This document shows positions 46,326 to 56,110 of a DNA stretch of 64,000 nt, piece by piece. The notes under the pieces were generated by a model. The model did not search any database. It was not told the DNA's origin and saw nothing but the letters and a program-made list of their open reading frames with translations. Position numbers and translations under genes: made by a program. Every line of letters starts with the position of its first letter. Within the stretch, counting starts at the first letter, position 1. Source of the DNA: a virus. Taxonomy: Duplodnaviria > Heunggongvirae > Uroviricota > Caudoviricetes. Location: the IMG/VR virus record IMGVR_UViG_3300008108_000006. One strand, written 5' to 3'.

Positions 46326-46535
46326 TTATTTCTTTTTATAAAGGTCTTGTTGACATTTATCTAACTTGTCTCTTAAATCGTCAGCTTCTTTGATCTTCTT
46401 GTCTATAAATTTCCAAGCAACAAATCCAAGTGCTAATACGATTAGTCCCAATGCACCATAATCGGTTAACATTGTAAATACACCAAAATCTTGACCTGTT
46501 TTGGTAACTGCTGCGGTTGTGTCTAGTAATACCAT
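46326..46535 (-). CDS. Small single-TM protein with a charged C-terminus (holin-like)
   Basis: YGALGLIVLALGFVAWKFI, then KKIKEADDLRDKLDK. Confidence 0.4.
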   Translation of the reverse strand: MVLLDTTAAVTKTGQDFGVFTMLTDYGALGLIVLALGFVAWKFIDKKIKEADDLRDKLDKCQQDLYKKK

Positions 46536-46670
46536 AATTTATCCTGTTTTACTATAAATATCACGTAAGATTTATTTAGTTCTTTAATTTTTTTAACATT
46601 TTAATCTTTGACAAAATATTTATAATTATTATTATTACAATACGAAAAAATACTTAAACAATTATATTCT

Positions 46671-46853
46671 ATGAAAAATTTAATTTTCTCTTTTGGTCTA
46701 ATCGCCGCTTTATTATCTTGCGGTAGTAAAAACGAACCTGTATCAGGTGATGAAACTATGGTAGATACAACAGTTTGCGATTCAACAATGTGTGATTCTA
46801 TGGCTTGTGATACAATCCCTTGTGATTCCTCAGTTGTTGATACAACAAAATAA
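46671..46853 (+). CDS. Small Cys-rich outer-membrane lipoprotein (o-spanin-like features)
   Basis: MKNLIFSFGLIAALLSCGSKNE lipobox, then repeated CDS motifs. A terminator at 46870-46893 follows. Preferred over the antisense track ORF 46601..46984. Confidence 0.4.
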   Translation: MKNLIFSFGLIAALLSCGSKNEPVSGDETMVDTTVCDSTMCDSMACDTIPCDSSVVDTTK

Positions 46854-46895
46854 AAGACCAAACAAAATTGGGTCACGTAAGTGACCCTTTTTACT

Positions 46896-47171
46896 ATGAA
46901 ACACCAGAAGCTATTAGAAAAATTAATTAATGAACTTTGTAGACCTGATAGAATATTATTATTTGGTGAAAATTCAAAAATCAAATTAACATCTATAACG
47001 TTCTCAACCCAAAAAAAATGTTATATAGTTGATTTAAAACTAACGGTTGACGAACCAGAACTCTGTGAAGAAAGTTACCCCGATGGTTTATACCATCTAG
47101 TTAAAACATCATTCGAATGGATAGGTGAATATGAAAAAGTTATTATTGTAAGTTCATTAGAGGTTATCTAA
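46896..47171 (+). CDS. Hypothetical protein
   Basis: ORF track 46881..47171, trimmed to ATG 46896 because the terminator hairpin occupies 46870-46893. Confidence 0.4.
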   Translation: MKHQKLLEKLINELCRPDRILLFGENSKIKLTSITFSTQKKCYIVDLKLTVDEPELCEESYPDGLYHLVKTSFEWIGEYEKVIIVSSLEVI

Positions 47172-47821
47172 TCATAGAAAAATATCTCTTCTACGATCAT
47201 ATCAGTACTATCTATAACATTCCAAACACCATACAATTCTTTGATTGTACGAACAATATCTCTATCATCATACAATATAGCCTGATTAAAATCCTCTAAA
47301 TCAGGTTCATAATCTCTTCCCCAATCTCCAATTTGAATATTATCTACATCCATTTTAATACCTAATTCAGTGGCATACTCCAAATCTTCAATCGTGAATC
47401 CATTTACTTTTTTAACATCAAAGGATCCCGATGGTGCATACATAGAATTAACGGTAATTTTTTTAATCTTAGTTAATTCCTGGTATAGTTTTTCAGAAAA
47501 TGATTGACTAAATAATGTGTATCCTTCAGACTCTTCATATTCTTCAACTCTTTCATATGTAACATCATTAAATCTTGAAAACAATCTCCAATTATGAACT
47601 CCTAATAATTCACCAAAAATTTTATCAACCTCATGGTATAATTTATAGTTACCACAGGTGTTAACACCCCAAACGTCGGTTTTAGGTACAATATCATAAA
47701 ATATGAGATAATCTGTACCATCAAAATCTAAATTACTATAAACAAAATCAACAGTTTTATATTCCTGTTTTGGTATATAGATTTCTAAAAATTTACTTAA
47801 AATACCAATTTTATTTTTCAT
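47168..47821 (-). CDS. Hypothetical protein
   Basis: ORF track, 217 aa. Part of an operon-like chain of ATGA overlaps. Confidence 0.5.
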   Translation of the reverse strand: MKNKIGILSKFLEIYIPKQEYKTVDFVYSNLDFDGTDYLIFYDIVPKTDVWGVNTCGNYKLYHEVDKIFGELLGVHNWRLFSRFNDVTYERVEEYEESEGYTLFSQSFSEKLYQELTKIKKITVNSMYAPSGSFDVKKVNGFTIEDLEYATELGIKMDVDNIQIGDWGRDYEPDLEDFNQAILYDDRDIVRTIKELYGVWNVIDSTDMIVEEIFFYD

Positions 47822-48465
47822 TCCCTTAGTTTAATATCATCTAAATATATGTAACCCATACCTTTATTTTCTATATATTCGAACACCTCGTGAAAATCAA
47901 TTTTATGTTGGTCGTGCCACGCATAATCAGGTAAGAATTCATCCCAAAAATCAACGTTTTTACCTTTTCTAAAAATACCTCGTATCACATAATAAATATC
48001 ACAATACATCATGCTAATATCCATAGATTCTATTGATACAGTTAATTCCTTATCATTATCTCTCAGAGTATCTACTTTTTGTGCTAATCTATCCACCTTA
48101 TTTCTAAATTCAGGACTTTGATATAACTCACAACAACAGTCACCATTCCAAGGAAATACTAAATCACCATATCTAATTTCAATATCGATCATTCCAAATG
48201 TTTTACCTCGTTCATAAAACATTAAATTATCAAATATACTATTAACATAAAATTCATACTGTTGTTCTATATACTCACCAACGCGATCAACCTTAATTAT
48301 AAAATCATCTACCAACGGTACCGCCTCAAATACTAACCTAATCTCAGGATGTGATCTCCAAGTATCCTTTTCAATAAAATCTTTCAAATAATAATCAACA
48401 TCACCAAATGTGACTTTGTCTATAGTGAGTTGCAATATCTTAAAAATTTTATATGCCGATATCAT
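47818..48465 (-). CDS. Hypothetical protein
   Basis: ORF track, 215 aa. Confidence 0.5.
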   Translation of the reverse strand: MISAYKIFKILQLTIDKVTFGDVDYYLKDFIEKDTWRSHPEIRLVFEAVPLVDDFIIKVDRVGEYIEQQYEFYVNSIFDNLMFYERGKTFGMIDIEIRYGDLVFPWNGDCCCELYQSPEFRNKVDRLAQKVDTLRDNDKELTVSIESMDISMMYCDIYYVIRGIFRKGKNVDFWDEFLPDYAWHDQHKIDFHEVFEYIENKGMGYIYLDDIKLRE

Positions 48466-49106
48466 AATGTTTTAATTATATTATTAATATCTGTAGTAAG
48501 TGATGATTTATCCACTCTTCTTATATAACCCAAATCTGTTCTTAAAATATTAATCCAATTCTTTTTATATTTAACATCCGTCCTATTTGTAGTTCTTTCA
48601 CTCTTATAAAGATCATTCAATTTTTGATATAGTTCTTTGAGTTGCGGTCTATTGAATATTTGTGGATACGTTTTATAAATCCCATCATAAATTGTTTCCA
48701 ATTTGTTGTTCTTAACTCCGTCCGTTATCTTTGTAAATATAGATGACAACATTTGTGAATCTCTAGAACTTAGTTCTGCAACCATTTTCTCTTCGGTTGG
48801 TTTTTCACCTTGCTTATACCCTGTGATATTTGAAACGTCCGTAGTTCCTGAGACTGGTTGTTTATATCCCGAAGTAAGTGATGATATGTCAGTACCTTTT
48901 GTTTTTTGATTATATCCCGAGGTTAAACTCGCAATATCCGTTCCTTTAGTTTTTTGACCATAACCCGAAGTTAATTTTGATATATCGGTACTTCCTTGTG
49001 TAGATTGTGTGTATCCGCTAGTGAATTGAGAAATGTTTGTCTGTTCTATCATATACATTGATAGAATTTGTATTTTTTCACTTTCGGAAATTATAAATTT
49101 GCTCAT
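48462..49106 (-). CDS. Hypothetical protein with the family N-terminus MSKFIISESEKIQILSMYMIEQ and four to five tandem ~15-aa repeats (LTSGY.QKTKGTDI.S)
   Basis: ORF track. The repeats were read in the translation. Confidence 0.5.
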   Translation of the reverse strand: MSKFIISESEKIQILSMYMIEQTNISQFTSGYTQSTQGSTDISKLTSGYGQKTKGTDIASLTSGYNQKTKGTDISSLTSGYKQPVSGTTDVSNITGYKQGEKPTEEKMVAELSSRDSQMLSSIFTKITDGVKNNKLETIYDGIYKTYPQIFNRPQLKELYQKLNDLYKSERTTNRTDVKYKKNWINILRTDLGYIRRVDKSSLTTDINNIIKTL

Positions 49107-49111
49107 TTATT

Positions 49112-50020
49112 TTAATCATCTAAATTGTTGGAAGACGGTGTAGTTCTTTTTGGTGAATTACTTGCCAAATTTTGATTGGTGTTACTTGGTGTGTTTAATG
49201 CCGCAATATCACTAGCACTAGTATTATCATCAGTCATACTTGGATTACTCATTCCAATTTCTTTTTTAAATAACTCACCATATTTGGCACAACTAGTTTT
49301 TCCAAATTTACCACTTACAGGTGTTACACCATTTTTCTTTTGCCAATTCATCAACGCTTGACGAGTTTCGTTACCAAATTTCTTATCGTTTTTAGCACCG
49401 GTTAATCCAATAATTGTTTGAACTTGCCCAACAGACTCACCTTTCATACCGTATTGTATTATTTTAGTACCTTGACACGCCTCTTGGAATGTTGGTGCCT
49501 GTACAAAAGTTGCCGCTTGTTGATTAGTTTTAGGGTTTGTATTCTGTTGGGGTTTCTGTGATCCCAACGTATAATCAATTTTTATTGATCCTGTTTTCAA
49601 ATCTTGATTACCATAAGCATCGGTTTCGACTTGATATGTTAATTTTACACCCGCTTTACCTAAAATCGCGGCATAGTTTTTTACGTCTGCAAGATTGTCT
49701 GATTCCATTTCACCATTTAACATTGTTTGAATGGTTTGTTTTTCAAACTTCACAAAATCAGTATCCAACTCTCTATAATCGTTAGGTGATTTAACTAAGT
49801 TAAATACGGTAGCAATCACTTTCTCATTAGTATCCATTGCTTGAGTTGTCTTTGATGCTAAGAAATATGCGGGATCATTAATACCCGACGCTTTAGCACG
49901 ATCTTTGAGTGATGTTGTTGCTTGTTCATAAAGAACCGACTTAAACTCAGTTTTAACTTCTCTCTCATAAAGAGACAGTATATTATTTTTTTCAGATTCT
50001 GTTAATTTTATTCTACTCAT
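49112..50020 (-). CDS. Hypothetical protein with the family N-terminus MSRIKLTESEKNNILSLYERE and a C-terminal PG_binding_1-like putative peptidoglycan-binding domain
   Basis: GESVGQVQTIIGLTGAKNDKKFGNETRQALMNWQKKNGVTPVSGKFGKTS resembles a peptidoglycan-binding helical domain. Confidence 0.45.
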   Translation of the reverse strand: MSRIKLTESEKNNILSLYEREVKTEFKSVLYEQATTSLKDRAKASGINDPAYFLASKTTQAMDTNEKVIATVFNLVKSPNDYRELDTDFVKFEKQTIQTMLNGEMESDNLADVKNYAAILGKAGVKLTYQVETDAYGNQDLKTGSIKIDYTLGSQKPQQNTNPKTNQQAATFVQAPTFQEACQGTKIIQYGMKGESVGQVQTIIGLTGAKNDKKFGNETRQALMNWQKKNGVTPVSGKFGKTSCAKYGELFKKEIGMSNPSMTDDNTSASDIAALNTPSNTNQNLASNSPKRTTPSSNNLDD

Positions 50021-50046
50021 AACCTTTTATTTATTATAAATATCAT

Positions 50047-50727
50047 TTAATTAAAAAGAGTTAATTCAATATCATCAATTACTGTGAGAGTACCATCTTC
50101 AAGAAAATTCAGTAATTCAGAAAATAATCCTTTCCTATTACTAACACCAAATGAACTACTATTAAACTCTCCAATATATTCCGCCAAATCCCAATCATTA
50201 CTACTTATTTTGGATCTTATTGTTATTCTCAATGTTAATGCGGTATAACGGTTAAATGTTTCTGTGTAATCCACGTTAACAACATTAACTTCAAACGGTA
50301 GAGGTAGGTTTATTGTATCTTGAGCGACCTCTTTCATTTTTTCAAAAATACCATCGGTTGATAATACAGGTAACGACGAATCTGTCAGGTAATAATCATA
50401 GATATATTCTTTATCGTTATATACAACACTAACACTTAACCTATTTGATTCAAGTGCCGCAAATATTTCAATAAAAGATTTAATTTTTGACCATATTTCA
50501 AATGCGATATTCACAGGTGATATAAAATAATCTTTAGGTGTTATTTCCAAATCATAAACCATATGATATCTATCATTCATATTATCAAAATATGAATTTG
50601 AAAATTTGGCGGTAACATATCCAAACAAAGTATCTTCTCTACCTAATTTGAATTGTTCAAATGTTGTTCTACCAATTACATTTAATATACCAATCATTGA
50701 TTTTATTCTAGATTCTAATTCACCCAT
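50047..50727 (-). CDS. Hypothetical protein
   Basis: ORF track, 226 aa. Confidence 0.5.
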   Translation of the reverse strand: MGELESRIKSMIGILNVIGRTTFEQFKLGREDTLFGYVTAKFSNSYFDNMNDRYHMVYDLEITPKDYFISPVNIAFEIWSKIKSFIEIFAALESNRLSVSVVYNDKEYIYDYYLTDSSLPVLSTDGIFEKMKEVAQDTINLPLPFEVNVVNVDYTETFNRYTALTLRITIRSKISSNDWDLAEYIGEFNSSSFGVSNRKGLFSELLNFLEDGTLTVIDDIELTLFN

Positions 50728-50757
50728 AACTAATAAATACTTTTTAATTAACTATTG

Positions 50758-51348
50758 TTAATCAATGGTTGAAAATCTCGGAAGTGGTCTATTTAATAGT
50801 TTTATAATCTTGGTTTTTACTCCACATTGTTTAATACCCTCATTATCTTTTGGTGTGTGAACAAAGTTTGTTAACCCCCAATCATTTTCATATCCTTCTT
50901 CATACCACTTACGTTTGGTTCCTAAGTCTAAGTCATCTACTGCGACCCAATGTGTAACTTGTGGATTTTGTTTTAACCAATATCGTATCTCACAACACCT
51001 TTCATATTCTAACATTTCATTAGGATCTATTTTTGATACATCGGTGGTATCCATATCAGAATTATATCTTTCAGTAACACCTATTGGTTTTTTCTTTATC
51101 TCCCAAAAATCAAACAATTGTCCAAAGTCGTGAATATCCGCCCAGTTCTTCCAATCTGAAGAAATAACAATCTCACAATCTGTTTCATCAATTATTGAAT
51201 TCAAAACCACCAATCCTTTTTTATTAAAATTGTCAAACCTCATATGAACATTTTCATGCTTTGAATGGTGTCCTTTTTTATTATATCTCGATCCCCATTC
51301 TGATGCTAAACAAATTACTCCGTCAAAATCTAAAAAAAGTACTTTCAT
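50758..51348 (-). CDS. HAD-superfamily phosphatase (Pnk 3'-phosphatase-like)
   Basis: VLFLDFDGVI is HAD motif I (DxDGx). A WVAVDDLD motif-IV-like segment follows. Compare the T4 Pnkp phosphatase VIFDVDGTL. Confidence 0.5.
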   Translation of the reverse strand: MKVLFLDFDGVICLASEWGSRYNKKGHHSKHENVHMRFDNFNKKGLVVLNSIIDETDCEIVISSDWKNWADIHDFGQLFDFWEIKKKPIGVTERYNSDMDTTDVSKIDPNEMLEYERCCEIRYWLKQNPQVTHWVAVDDLDLGTKRKWYEEGYENDWGLTNFVHTPKDNEGIKQCGVKTKIIKLLNRPLPRFSTID

Positions 51349-51395
51349 TGTTTTTTTTTCATAAAGATAACCATATTTATTTGAAAATCAAAAAA

Positions 51396-51596
51396 ATGAA
51401 TGAAGTAAAATATGTCCTAAAGGGTGATCGTGGAACCGGTGGTTTAACTGTGTTATGTAAAGAATGTTATAAACCTATTGAATATATTAAAAAGGGTGAA
51501 AAACGAGAACCCAAATCGGCATATTGTGAATTACATATCCCGATGGTGGATAATTTAACTTTGAAGGATTATTCTGAAGATCTTATTTCAATTTGA
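51396..51596 (+). CDS. Small hypothetical protein with a Cys pair (CKECYKP)
   Basis: ORF track 51261..51596, trimmed to ATG 51396 because the 5' part overlaps the HAD gene. Confidence 0.35.
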   Translation: MNEVKYVLKGDRGTGGLTVLCKECYKPIEYIKKGEKREPKSAYCELHIPMVDNLTLKDYSEDLISI

Positions 51597-51610
51597 AAGG
51601 TCTCCCCAAC

Positions 51611-51922
51611 TCAAAAGAACTTTGTCAAACGTGACTGTTGGGTGTTTATACCCTCAATTTGAAAGGTTTCACCAACCCATCTACCCATAAGTGATTCTAA
51701 CATAGATACTTCCATAGGAATGTAGCGAAGAATTTGATCAATAATATCACGATAGATTGATAAATAATTTTCATTTTTCAATCCCAAATGACCATATTCT
51801 TCAGGATCTATAAACCAAATATTACCATTTCTATATTTTCTCCATTCATAATTCTTAAACTGAGTTTCCATAAATTTTTTGAAAACAGGATATAACTTAT
51901 CTTCTGTTACTTTAACTTTCAT
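51611..51922 (-). CDS. Hypothetical protein of the MKVKVTEDKLY... paralog family
   Basis: ORF track. N-terminus similar to those of 56107..57160. Confidence 0.5.
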   Translation of the reverse strand: MKVKVTEDKLYPVFKKFMETQFKNYEWRKYRNGNIWFIDPEEYGHLGLKNENYLSIYRDIIDQILRYIPMEVSMLESLMGRWVGETFQIEGINTQQSRLTKFF

Positions 51923-52398
51923 TGTTCAATTAAATTTACATCAACATACGCCACAGGCCATCCAACCAATCTATTAATGTGATCAGAAAACTCATCACTT
52001 GCGTCATCAGGGTTAAAAACAAAATCTTCAAAACATTCCGTTGTTAATAATTCAAGATCCACAGATGCGGTTAACTCAAATCTACTTTTACTAGATTCTC
52101 GAGGTTCTATTCCAAAATTATTTATCTTAAATCTAATTGAACAATTTGTTTCAATATCTTCATCATAAAATGTTCTTGTTTCCCATTTATTCGCATACTC
52201 AGCATTCAATCCATTAATAAAAACTTGTGGATCACCATCATATTTTGTATCCAAATAATCTAAATACATTTTAAAAGACTCCCACTTATCAAGTCCTAAT
52301 GAATTTCCTAATAAGTCAGGAATAAAGATACCTTTATGTTTATCCAACAACATAAAAGCGATTTGTTTAATCTTATTTTCAGTAATCAATACTTTCAT
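51919..52398 (-). CDS. Hypothetical protein
   Basis: ORF track, 159 aa. Confidence 0.5.
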   Translation of the reverse strand: MKVLITENKIKQIAFMLLDKHKGIFIPDLLGNSLGLDKWESFKMYLDYLDTKYDGDPQVFINGLNAEYANKWETRTFYDEDIETNCSIRFKINNFGIEPRESSKSRFELTASVDLELLTTECFEDFVFNPDDASDEFSDHINRLVGWPVAYVDVNLIEQ

Positions 52399-52618
52399 AC
52401 CATATAAATATGCACAATAAGTCCTTCTAGGAGATATTCAGCAAATAACTTCATTTTCCCAGCATCTCACCCACGAAAAACTTATATATTTACCATTTTT
52501 GAATCTGTCGGGGACAATCTCAGATCTATTTGACCTTACCAACCCAACGTCTGTTCCTCATTTGTTACCGGACTTAAAATATAATCATAGAGGAAGTTCA
52601 AGGACTCAAAAATAAATA

Positions 52619-52840
52619 TTATTGATTTTCAAAAATTGTAAACCGTGTTACTCTTCTATTTTCCCAAGTAACAACATCATACCATATTGAAAACGGTCGG
52701 CAATATATCGTTCCAAACAACAATGATTTATAAACAACCATCGTTTCTTGTGTTTCAGTATGTACTGCCAACGTTATTATCTCATACTCACCACCTTTAT
52801 AGTGGTTCCATTTTTCACTAGGTCTTGGGTAATTTTTCAT
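52619..52840 (-). CDS. Hypothetical small protein
   Basis: ORF track, 73 aa. Confidence 0.45.
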   Translation of the reverse strand: MKNYPRPSEKWNHYKGGEYEIITLAVHTETQETMVVYKSLLFGTIYCRPFSIWYDVVTWENRRVTRFTIFENQ

Positions 52841-53019
52841 AAATTTTTATTTTTAATTAACATAATGATCCAAGCAATAATCATTAAAGGGTAAAACACG
52901 ATCATTGCCAATCTTTCCGGCCAAGTGAACGGGTCTGTTGCCTTATAAATGTCATTCAACCATTCAACAACAAACCCGAACAAAATACCAATAATAAAAT
53001 ATGTCGTAACAGGATTCAT
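52837..53019 (-). CDS. Small membrane protein (two hydrophobic helices)
   Basis: ORF track, 60 aa: YFIIGILFGFVVEW ... IVFYPLMIIAWIIMLI. Confidence 0.4.
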   Translation of the reverse strand: MNPVTTYFIIGILFGFVVEWLNDIYKATDPFTWPERLAMIVFYPLMIIAWIIMLIKNKNL

Positions 53020-53765
53020 CGGTTTAATACCTCTTTTTGGTAATACTCATTAAACCCTTCCAATAAAGAGGTAACGGATTGATTAGTTTCCAATCCAATA
53101 ACCGTATCAATCAAACCAAACTCAACCGCTTCATCAGAATTAAACCATTTATCACGACTTGATACATTCAATACCTCGTCAAAACTCTTTCCTGTGTTTT
53201 GAGATAAGATCTTAAATAAGATGTAATTGTATTTTTCACCTTCCATTTGAGAGATTCGGGTATCTTGGACATTACCCCTCATTCCGTGAGACACTTGGTG
53301 TGTCATTACCTTAGCGTGAATCAATGAATGTCTCTTACCTTTGGTTCCCGATGACAATAGAACCGAACCCATCGAGGCACACATTCCTATATTGACCGTA
53401 GAAACGTCAGATTTGACGTAATTCATTAGATCTACTATTCCGAGACCATCTACCACCGAACCACCCGGAGAATTGATATAAAGGGTTATATCACGTTTTT
53501 CCACGGAATCCAAATAAAGGAGTTGGGCTTGGACAATGTCAGACATATGCTGATCAACAGGACCTGACACCCAAATGATACGATCTCTCATTAAACGAGA
53601 AAATACATCCATCTGTGTGGCTCGCAATTCACGTTCTTCCAAAATGTAAGGGGTTAATCCCGCATTGACATCAATATACTTGTTAATGTCAGTTTTTGAT
53701 AATCCAAAATGTTTTTCCATACGACAAAGGTAAAACATATTTTTGAAAGTTCCAAACCTTAACAA
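53016..53765 (-). CDS. clpP: ClpP-like serine protease (ATP-dependent Clp protease proteolytic subunit family; possible prohead protease)
   Basis: ILEERELRATQMDVFSRLMRDRIIWVSGPVDQ ... LYINSPGGSVVDGLGIVDLM ... GMCASMGSVLLSSG ... MTHQ match the ClpP fold with a Ser-His-Asp context (GGS, M-x-H). The exact start Met is uncertain. Confidence 0.6.
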   Translation of the reverse strand: MLRFGTFKNMFYLCRMEKHFGLSKTDINKYIDVNAGLTPYILEERELRATQMDVFSRLMRDRIIWVSGPVDQHMSDIVQAQLLYLDSVEKRDITLYINSPGGSVVDGLGIVDLMNYVKSDVSTVNIGMCASMGSVLLSSGTKGKRHSLIHAKVMTHQVSHGMRGNVQDTRISQMEGEKYNYILFKILSQNTGKSFDEVLNVSSRDKWFNSDEAVEFGLIDTVIGLETNQSVTSLLEGFNEYYQKEVLNR

Positions 53766-53767
53766 AT

Positions 53768-53798
53768 AAAAAAACCCCGGTAGCGAATCGGGGTTTTA
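53768..53798. terminator. Bidirectional intrinsic terminator (ccccg...cgggg hairpin flanked by an A-run and a T-run)
   Basis: Read directly between convergent genes. Confidence 0.45.
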
Positions 53799-53854
53799 AT
53801 TTGGTCGCAACAGCAACCGGTCCTAAGCCCTCAATGTTTAGAGGGAATATCTTT

Positions 53855-54163
53855 TTAGAATCTTTCCCAATATATCCTGAAATACACCAAATCAATTGGA
53901 CAGGCAAATGAATAGGGATCGAAACCTAAATAAGTTTTTATGCTTTTACGAAATTCTGATTTTACATTAACATCATATTCGTCAGTAAAATATAATTGAA
54001 TTACTTTTTGTTCAACGTTTCCAATACCAGCAACTAACACAAGATTATTTTTAATCTTGATATCATAAATTCTTTTATCATTAGAAAGAAGTTTTACAAC
54101 CAATGTTGATAATTTATCCCCCAATATAGTAAGTTCTTCCGGTGTTTTATCTTCAAAATTCAT
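53855..54163 (-). CDS. Hypothetical protein
   Basis: ORF track, 102 aa. Confidence 0.45.
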   Translation of the reverse strand: MNFEDKTPEELTILGDKLSTLVVKLLSNDKRIYDIKIKNNLVLVAGIGNVEQKVIQLYFTDEYDVNVKSEFRKSIKTYLGFDPYSFACPIDLVYFRIYWERF

Positions 54164-54227
54164 ATTTTAAGTAACATTATTAACATAAATAGTTTGTGAA
54201 ATCAAAATTTCTACTTACCTTAGCAAT

Positions 54228-54716
54228 ATGAACATATTCTTTTTAGACTACGATGTAAAAAAATGTGCTGAAGATCATTGTGATAAGCACGTTGTGAAAA
54301 TGATTTTGGAAACTGCCCAATTATTGTGCGGTGTACATCACGCCACGGAACAGGAAACACCAAATGTCCCATATAAATTATCACACAAAAATCACCCTTG
54401 TGCTATATGGTCTCGTCAATCATTAACTAACTACTTGTATCTATGTGAGTTAGGGTTAGAGTTATGTTATGAATACACCAAAAGATACGGGAAAACTCAC
54501 AAGTCACAACAAGTAATTGAATGGTGTATTGAAAACAAACCTGAGATTGTTGATCTTGGATTTACGGATCCGCCGAAAGCGATGCCTGATGAATATAAGG
54601 TCGATGATGTGGTTCAATCATATCGGAATTATTATATCGGAGATAAATTAAAATTTGCAAAATGGAAAACAGGACATATTCCTTCTTGGATGGAAGATAT
54701 TTATGTATATGTTTAA
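54228..54716 (+). CDS. Hypothetical protein
   Basis: ORF track, 162 aa. Confidence 0.5.
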   Translation: MNIFFLDYDVKKCAEDHCDKHVVKMILETAQLLCGVHHATEQETPNVPYKLSHKNHPCAIWSRQSLTNYLYLCELGLELCYEYTKRYGKTHKSQQVIEWCIENKPEIVDLGFTDPPKAMPDEYKVDDVVQSYRNYYIGDKLKFAKWKTGHIPSWMEDIYVYV

Positions 54717-55227
54717 AGAGTTTGCACAAGTATTATTAAATATCCCGATGAAACAACGATTACTTGGTTTGGTAATTATTGTTCTTGCTTTTGTTGGAAT
54801 GGAACTCGGATTGTCGTTGATTAAAACAAAAAATCCTGAGACCGAAGAAATGAAAAAAACTATCAGTACATTAAGGATTGAATTACAAATCACAAGAGAG
54901 AGTGTTGTGGAGGCTCAAAGCCAACTATCAAAATTAAACACAAGGATTATTGAAAGTGAGATGGGTTGTACGAATAAAATAATGTCAAGAGAACAAGAGA
55001 TTTGGAAAATGATTGACTCTGTTCAGAGAATTATGAAAACTCATAACAACAAACAACTTCAGACAATTGAAAAAGTTACGACATCATATTATGATCCTAA
55101 TGACACAGGAGTTGTTGTTTCAGCGATGGTATTACCACCAAAAACCAAAAAGGTTATTGTAAAGGATAACACTGAAGCGATTGAAGCGATGGATCTAATT
55201 AAGAAAAAGATTAAAAAATCAAAATAA
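54703..55227 (+). CDS. Membrane-anchored coiled-coil protein
   Basis: ORF track 54655..55227, trimmed to MYMFKEF. An LLGLVIIVLAFVGMELGL TM helix is followed by a helical region. Confidence 0.45.
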   Translation: MYMFKEFAQVLLNIPMKQRLLGLVIIVLAFVGMELGLSLIKTKNPETEEMKKTISTLRIELQITRESVVEAQSQLSKLNTRIIESEMGCTNKIMSREQEIWKMIDSVQRIMKTHNNKQLQTIEKVTTSYYDPNDTGVVVSAMVLPPKTKKVIVKDNTEAIEAMDLIKKKIKKSK

Positions 55228-55734
55228 TCCTCTAAATTCTTTTGGTAGATATAGAAAAATCTCATCATTAGTATAGTCCATATCAACTTCACTTTCTTCA
55301 GGAAGTTCGTTAATTAATTTGAACAAAGTTTCGTACAATTCAGAATTAAAAGGAAACTTCACAAGAATACTATCAAAACCACTTGCAGATCCTCTCAAAC
55401 TTTCTTTATCTACTTCACCATCATACATTTTAATTAATGCGGTTACATAGAATCCAAAACTTTCGTTATCAGGACTAACCTCCTGAGTTTTATAACGTTG
55501 ATCGGGATCATAACTAACTTCCTCTTCTTCATCATTATCAATTAATGATGATGGTATATCTGTTTTACCACCTGATATTAGATATAATTGTTCTTCTTCA
55601 GATAATGCGTCAAAACCTTTTTCATTATATAGATCTAATACTTTATTGTAAGCATCCTCATCATATGCTTCGGTTATTACTTTTTTGATCAGACGGACCA
55701 ACTCAGATTCGGTAAGTTTTATAATTTTTTTCAT
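55219..55734 (-). CDS. Hypothetical acidic protein with the family N-terminus MKKIIKLTESELVRLIKKVITEAYDED
   Basis: ORF track. Confidence 0.55.
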   Translation of the reverse strand: MKKIIKLTESELVRLIKKVITEAYDEDAYNKVLDLYNEKGFDALSEEEQLYLISGGKTDIPSSLIDNDEEEEVSYDPDQRYKTQEVSPDNESFGFYVTALIKMYDGEVDKESLRGSASGFDSILVKFPFNSELYETLFKLINELPEESEVDMDYTNDEIFLYLPKEFRGLF

Positions 55735-55768
55735 AACAATAAATATTCTTTGTAATTAAAAAGTTGAA

Positions 55769-56110
55769 TCAATCTTGATTTAGATATGCCGCACTTACAG
55801 AATATATTCCACTGAGGTTAAGCTTCTTAAAAATAACCTTCTTAAGTGCTTGTAAAAGAGTTTTTTCATCAACAGGAAAAAATTCTTCAACAGTTATCAT
55901 AAATTTTTCATCAAAATACATAACATTCGAACGCCAACCGGAGGAATTTAACGAAACATATATCATTTTATAATCATCTGTTTTATTAATAAAAAACATT
56001 ACCTCTCCCTCAACTGGAACCCACTTGTAATTCTTCTCAGGAAAAGTCATATCAAAGAACCTCTCTAACACTACAGACAATTGGTCAATATTAACAACAA
56101 CTTTTTTCAT
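55769..56110 (-). CDS. Hypothetical protein (paralog group of small ~110-130-aa proteins)
   Basis: ORF track. Confidence 0.5.
   Translation of the reverse strand: MKKVVVNIDQLSVVLERFFDMTFPEKNYKWVPVEGEVMFFINKTDDYKMIYVSLNSSGWRSNVMYFDEKFMITVEEFFPVDEKTLLQALKKVIFKKLNLSGIYSVSAAYLNQD

Noticed and set aside
46601-46984. Track ORF 46601..46984(-), 127 aa
   Set aside because: It is antisense to a well-formed lipobox lipoprotein gene (46671..46853 +) that has its own terminator. Its sequence is low-complexity.
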